Shown: positions 57,526 to 64,000 of the stretch, piece by piece | Numbering within the stretch: the first letter of the stretch is position 1 | Layout of the letters: the number at the start of each line of letters is the position of its first letter | Assembly (NCBI GenBank): GCA_012295275.1 | Contig: CM022670.1 | Coordinates: 18,538,001 to 18,602,000, forward strand | Reading direction: 5' to 3' | DNA length: 64,000 bases | DNA from: Chrysomallon squamiferum | Taxonomy: Eukaryota; Animalia; Mollusca | The notes under the pieces: generated by a model | What the model saw: only the letters and a program-made list of their open reading frames with translations | Database searches by the model: none | What the model was told of the DNA's origin: nothing | Program-made: the position numbers and the translations under genes

Positions 57526-59381
57526 GCCCACCTTAACATACTCCAAACATTATAATTTAAATAACAAAGCTAGTCTGATTATTTCATAAGTGTAGTAATA
57601 TTGAGCATTTTACGCGAGGTAGTCATACGATTCTATTAAATACCACAGAGTCATTACAAATTGTAACAATAATAAATAATATTAAAATCTTTCAACCGGT
57701 CTAGCATTTTTTTTTTTTTACAGCTGTGTTACCCGGTCCGTGCCACCAAGTATCAGACGTTTCACAGACATCATTGTCCTGTGGATAAAAATATCAGTTT
57801 TCAGTCCTTGAAGTTTTATCATTATCTCACATGACTGACACCTTTACATAATAACGTCACGTTCCACGATCCCAGGCCCACCTCTCTTGATCTTATCATT
57901 TAAGCACAGAAACTCTATATATCTGCAGTGCATTCCACCCACACAGATTTATTTATTTATCCACTATAAAATCGTCTCCATGGTCACTGATTTGACATTG
58001 TTTTGATTTGTAAAACTGTAATGACTCCAACAAATTAAAATTATACTGTCTTCAGTTTCCATATTTCTGATAGGAACGTATTACTCTAGCAGAATTATTT
58101 TCGCAAGCAACTCTGCTGGTCACTGATCTGGTTAAGATGATCTATAAATTGATTAAATTCATAGCCAAATTGCTCATGTTTTATTTCAGATAATTGGGGC
58201 TGATGACGGTGAAGTTCTATACTTTTTCAAAACTGGTAAGAAAAACTTCGTTTTAGTGATCACGAATTCAAACACGTATTCATCTGATCAGACTTGCTGA
58301 GTTAGGAATAATGACAGTACACTCAGAAGTGTTTGAAACAGATAACAGAAATCTATGTCAATCCATGAATTAATATACATGTTGCTTAAGATAGTGTTCG
58401 GGACTAGTAAAATACCAAACTGATAATGAATAACTATTTTAAGCCCAAACAGCAAAACAATATATCTATTTATCTATCTATATAAATATATGTGTGTGTG
58501 TGTTGCTGTATGTATATGTGTATATGTGTGTGTAGGTATATATATCTATCCATCCATCCTTCCATCCATCCATCTATCAGTCTATCACCCGATCCATGTC
58601 TCCTATTATACTACGTTTTATTTTACAGCCTTCCTTCATCTCCGCAGACTCTTTCTCTTTCTCTCTGAGTCCCTTTCGTTTCATTTTATCACTTTACTAT
58701 ATTGTATATGCAGTATTAAATTTAACTTAAACTCTTATTCTTGTGCCACTTCAAACGTGAACTACTTCACATTCTGTGTCAGCTGAACAAAAGGCAAACC
58801 GTATATTTTATGAAACATTTAAATAACATTCGCCTTAAATTTCGTTTCGTTATGACGAAATCTCAGCCTGAAATGCCGTCATGAACACTGCACTAGAACC
58901 CAGACGTCGACTCGGTTCACTGCTTTGTGATCTGATGACTTCGCAAACAATCCTCGGTCGAGACGTGGGAATTTGCCACTTTCTTTACAAGTTTTCTCAA
59001 ATAAAATCAAATAAGATTAAACGAGGAGAAAAGCAAATCAATTTTAAATTTGCGAATAACGGCACACAGACCAGTGGCTGAAATAAAAACGTCATTGACG
59101 AGACAAAGCCATGGGCCATCATTTGCCCGTGAAGTTAGAGGTGATAAAAATCCTATTAAGAAAAACATTTCGACCTCTCTAATGTTTAAAAAAGGAGAGA
59201 AATGAAAGATTAATTGAAGCAAGGTTTAAATAAATTGCCTATAAGAAATTTATTCTTGTGACAGCGAAACCATGCAGGGATTTTGTAAATCAAAACAAGA
59301 CTGGAGTAAATAGCAATTGTTTTCTTGGTTTGACTTTGTTGTTTTCTTTGCTTGGGGCTATTGGTTTGTTTGTTTAGTTAT

Positions 59382-59448
<67 letters not shown>

Positions 59449-60559
59449 GTTTTAGACATTGTTATTGCTTTTATATAACATTATTTATTAATTTGGCAAA
59501 ATTTTTTTTTTTTTGCGTTCTTATGTGTTTCTTTTATTTATTTTGTATTCTTATTGTTATTATTTGACGCTAGTATTATCTTTTTTATCTGATTTATTTT
59601 TCATTATTATCATTTTATTGTTGTTTGTTTATTTCTTTCTTTAGTATTATATTTGTCTGTGATTGTAGTTTATTTTACTTTATTTTATTTTATTTATTTA
59701 TTTATTTGCTTGTTTGTTTGTTTATTTATTTATTTAATATTTTCGTTATTGATTTTTGTTTGTCATAATTATTTTGATTATTTCATGTTGATTATATTTT
59801 GGGTTTTTGTTTTATTACTGTTTATATTATTATTTTTTATGGTATTATTTCTTGGACGTGAGTGTTTTTGCTTCTTTTAGTTTTTTTTTTTTTTTTTTTA
59901 AATATTTCACATTCTGTTATTTTGACGATAGTGGTTTTATTTCATTGGCTTACTTATTTTACTGGAGTTAATACTATGCTATTTGACTTGTTTAATTTAT
60001 CCGTTGTAATTTCTTCAATATTTCTATTTTAATTGTTTCTCTTATTACTTTTGATTATTTTTATGTCAATTTTTTCCTTTTCAAGTTATTTAATTCCCTT
60101 TTTTGGGGGGTGGGGTGGGGAGGTGTATGTCAGACTATTTCAACAACAAAAAAAGAAAACATTTAGAATACTTTTTGTTTGTTTTCGTCTTTTTCTAGGG
60201 AAGGTTTTAGGTGTTGACCTGTTATCGTCATTTTCTATGTACACTAATTTATTTTCTTCTGCTTTTGATTTTTTTCTTTTACGTTTTCTTTTGTTTTGTT
60301 GATTTTTCCTTCTCCTTCATTAACTTTACATTTTAATTAACTTTTCTTCCTCTTTTTTCATAAATCATTGTTTATCTTTTTTCCTTAACTAATTAATTTA
60401 TTTTGTTCTGTCACTTTTTATCTCTTATTTTAAAAATTGCTCATCAATGTAATTTAAAATGATTTATTATTCGTCAAAATATATATATATATTTAAAAAA
60501 AACAAGTGAGTTTCCTATTTTGCACAAAAAGGGAGCACCCTTATTTTAATATATATAAA

Positions 60560-61670
60560 TTTTCCAAGATAAAATCATTAAAATTAGGGTGCTCCCCTTT
60601 TGTGAAAAGCAGGAACTGCACCTATTTGTTATTTTGTTTGTTATTTTTGTTTTTTTTTGTGCGTGTGTGTGGTTTTTTTACATCGGTGGTGCACTTTACA
60701 TTTGCCCTTCCTCTGGATACCTGTTCAAAACCTGAATACTTAATGGACTTGTGCATGCACAGCTTTGTCACCTCAGCTCGAGACCCTTACAGATTTTTTT
60801 CAACAGTTTTCAACTTAAAAGCACAGCGCAAAACTGCATTTAAAAAGTTATGACAGATCATCCGCATCTGAAAAAGAATTAGTTTATTTTCCTTGATGTT
60901 TTGTAAGTGTGTTATCAGCCTTATTGTAAATATGTATGTATCTCTGTCTTATATACGTCTGATTACACTCTGACACAGACAATATTTAGGGAACGCACTG
61001 GCATAATCACGACCTCACAAACACGGTCAGATGTCGCTGACGAGACTCGAACGTATGACACCCATTCGCAAGTACTCCAGACGCGAACGACCTCACCGTC
61101 CGTACGGCCATCAACAAATTTTAATTAAATAATTTATTTTGTTCTGTTACTTTTTAAATGTTATTTTAAATGTTATTTTAATCCAGACGATCAGAATGAT
61201 TTAAAATGATTTTTATTCTTCAAGAAATAAATATATAAAAAGAACAAAAAAAACAACAACAAGTTCACAAAAATATATATATACACACACACATACACAC
61301 ATACATACATGCACACGAACACATTCATTTCATTTTCCAAGATAAAATCATTAAACTGAGGGTGCACCCCCTTTTGTGAAAAGCCGGAACTGTACTTGTT
61401 CTTGGTTTTTATATCTCGATGGTGCACTTCAGATTTGCCCTTCCTTTGGATACGTAGAGAAAAAGAACTGAAAACTCAGTGAATAAGTGCATGCACAGCT
61501 TTGTTACCTCAGCTCGAGTCTGTTAGAAAATGTTTCAATAGATTCTAACTTAAAAGCTCAATGCAAAAATGCATTTATAAAATTTATAAAAGATAATCCG
61601 CATCTGAAAAAGAATTAGTTTATTTTCATTGACGTTGTGTAAGTTTGTTATTAACTTTACTGTATATGTG
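60560..61670. repeat. Diverged direct duplication of ~350 bp (60560-60935 and 61333-61670)
   Basis: Shared blocks ttttccaagataaaatcattaaa, ccccttttgtgaaaagc, gtgcatgcacagctttg, cctcagctcgag and atccgcatctgaaaaagaattagtttatttt. Confidence 0.9.
60960..61113 (-). mobile_element. tRNA-derived SINE-like element
   Basis: The minus strand reads TGGCCGTACGG (A box) ... GTTCGAGTC (B box, 61044-61052). It is a GC-rich insert lying between two copies of a duplicated segment. Confidence 0.55.
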
Positions 61671-62721
61671 TGAGGGTGTATAAATGTATATATGAATTTA
61701 TGTGTGATGAATGTAAGTATATATGTATGTGCACATATATATAGGGATGTATGTTTGTAATGTATGAGTTTATATATTTATGTATTTACGTATATATGTA
61801 TGCATGAATGTATTTATGTACAGATGTATGTTTGCGTCTGTGTATGAGTGTACGTTCGCTTTTTTGTGTGTATTTATGTATGTATGTGTGTGTATGTATA
61901 TATGTATGTATGTATAAAGGTGGGTAGGTAAATATATACATATGCATACACACAAATGTAAATCATCCACACACACACACACACACACATACACATACAT
62001 ATACACACACTAAATGAGGCTGCATGTGAACGCGATCAAATTGTTTTAATTAAAATGCCAGATTTATTTTAAACAAAGAAGATTAATGTAATACCACCAG
62101 CAGTGAAATTAATCATAGCATTTAAGTGTGATCGGTAAAAATAATCCGTAATCCGCTGCAAAGGTAACAATTTTAATTAACTCACATTACGTCATTGCTC
62201 CGAAATCAAATCGCCGAAATAACCCGATTAATGATATTTGATTACTTTTTCTGTATGTACATCTACATCAAATCCCTCTACCATAAAATTAATAACTGAG
62301 AGCGTGCCCACGACTAGCGTACTTACACCATTTATATAGAAACAGGACGATAATAAATATGTAATTAAAATGAACATGACTGCCTAGATATCAGATTTCT
62401 GTTTATTTGTTACTCTAGACTAGCTGTTAGCAAATAAATATACTTAGTATTTAAGACTACAGTCGTATGCTTTGATTACAAGTCCTATACACATTTATTT
62501 ACTTGACTATTCATTAACAGGAGTGTGCTTTTGTCATAGAGTAATAAAATCTACACACGTTTATTATTTTATTTTCTTTAAATGTTTTTAAGCTATAGAA
62601 ATTTCAGTACAGTATTATCTTACAAAATAATACGTCTGGCAAAATAATTTAGATTACGTATATCACAACTAATCTTTACACATATACACATGCACGCATG
62701 CGCGAACGCATGCATACACAC

Positions 62722-62759
<38 letters not shown>

Positions 62760-64000
62760 GAGTGTGTGTGTGTATGTGTGCGTGCATGCATGGGTGCGTA
62801 TGTATACGTGTATGTATATATATTTAGCTCTAATTCTAGATCCATTACATGATGACATTATGGAAAACGAATACGTAGGTGTCATGACGTCAACAAATGC
62901 ACTCGCGACTAGTTAAATAATAGTCTTTCAACGATGACATGAAAAGAATTTTTTTTTTTCTTCAGCTTCTTTTTTTTTTTTCAGATCTTTGCATGTCGTA
63001 TAGAGTGTGTTGGTAAATATCTCAGTGTAAAGTGTGTAAGAGGCTTGCTGTGTGGGTTAACTCTTGTAAACAGTCTACAGGTCATCAACCCAAGGCTCTT
63101 GTAATGACAAAAGGGCGTACTCGGGTCCTCGTCTGGTCCGACATTTTCATTCATACGAAGATTACAAATTTGTGTGAGGTTTCACAGACAAAAATCGGTT
63201 GTCTGGAAATGGAGAGAATCAGCTGGTCATGCGCGTAGAGCTCAGGAGTGGACGTGGACTTGTTAGGATAAAATAACAATATAGAAGTTCAGAAAAGTAC
63301 AGACAAAATATACACATTTGTGCGTGTTTCATTATAGGGTGTAATTTTCCTTTTCAAGTTGTTTAATTATCTTTTCGTTTTTTTTTGTTTTTTTTTTGTT
63401 TTGTTTTTTTGTGTGTGTGTATGGGGGTGACAACATTCCATTAGCTTATTTCAACAACAAAACAGAAAAATACAGGCTCACACAAAGACTTACATACAAA
63501 TATACAGACATAATAATAGAAACACATTCACACACATACATACATACATACATACATACATACATACATACATACATAAGTACATATATACATATATAAG
63601 TACATATGTACATATATGCTGTGCAGTCTACCTACAAACACAAAGTTTTATTATTGTCTCAAGTTTGAAAGAAACCTTATTAGCTAATCAATCTAGATTA
63701 AACACATTTAGGAAGATTTATTTAAAATGACAGTCTTGATGTAGAATAAGATGTAAGTGTACGTTATGCATTAATGATTGTAGAGCAAAAAAATAAAATA
63801 GTAATAATAATAATAATAATTAATTAATTAATTAATAATAATAATAGTTGCAGCAACAAAAAAAAAAAAAAAAAAATTATTATCCAATACGTATTTATAA
63901 TACAAAGTTTTGAAACTCGTTACAGCAAAACGAAAATAATAAAAAAATTAATAAAAAAAATACACTTAAAAGAATAAACAGAGATGAAAATAACACAACG

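Noticed and set aside
62981-63154. 57-aa minus-strand ORF (MNENVGPDEDPSTPFCHYKSLGLMTCRLFTRVNP...) faintly like a lipase N-terminus
   Set aside because: Motif spacing is wrong, there is no signal peptide or donor site, and the similarity is too short to call a paralogue.

Overview
Animal genomic DNA, very AT-rich and full of microsatellites. A mollusc or other lophotrochozoan is my impression only, not a demonstrated assignment. Two protein-coding genes are supported, both on the minus strand. (1) An intronless, highly conserved mab-21 (MAB21L1/2 orthologue; cGAS-like nucleotidyltransferase fold) at 10110-11216. (2) A secreted pancreatic-lipase-family gene at 46563-53532. I assembled it by hand into 9 GT-AG exons with consistent phases (1458 nt, 485 aa), with a signal peptide, an intact Ser-Asp-His triad, a long lid and a C-terminal PLAT-like domain. 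The ~35 kb between them has no recognisable gene and alternates simple repeats with short complex islands rich in homeobox, Pax, GATA, E-box and CTCF-like motifs, as expected of a developmental gene's regulatory landscape. Also present are a foldback MITE-like element, two tRNA-derived SINE-like heads, a decayed RTE-type LINE tail and several local duplications. Most other ORF-track entries are microsatellite artefacts. The main open question is whether this window lies inside the large Nbea/Lrba intron that hosts Mab21 in many animals; no host exons are visible. I found no firm evidence of a wholly new biological system.
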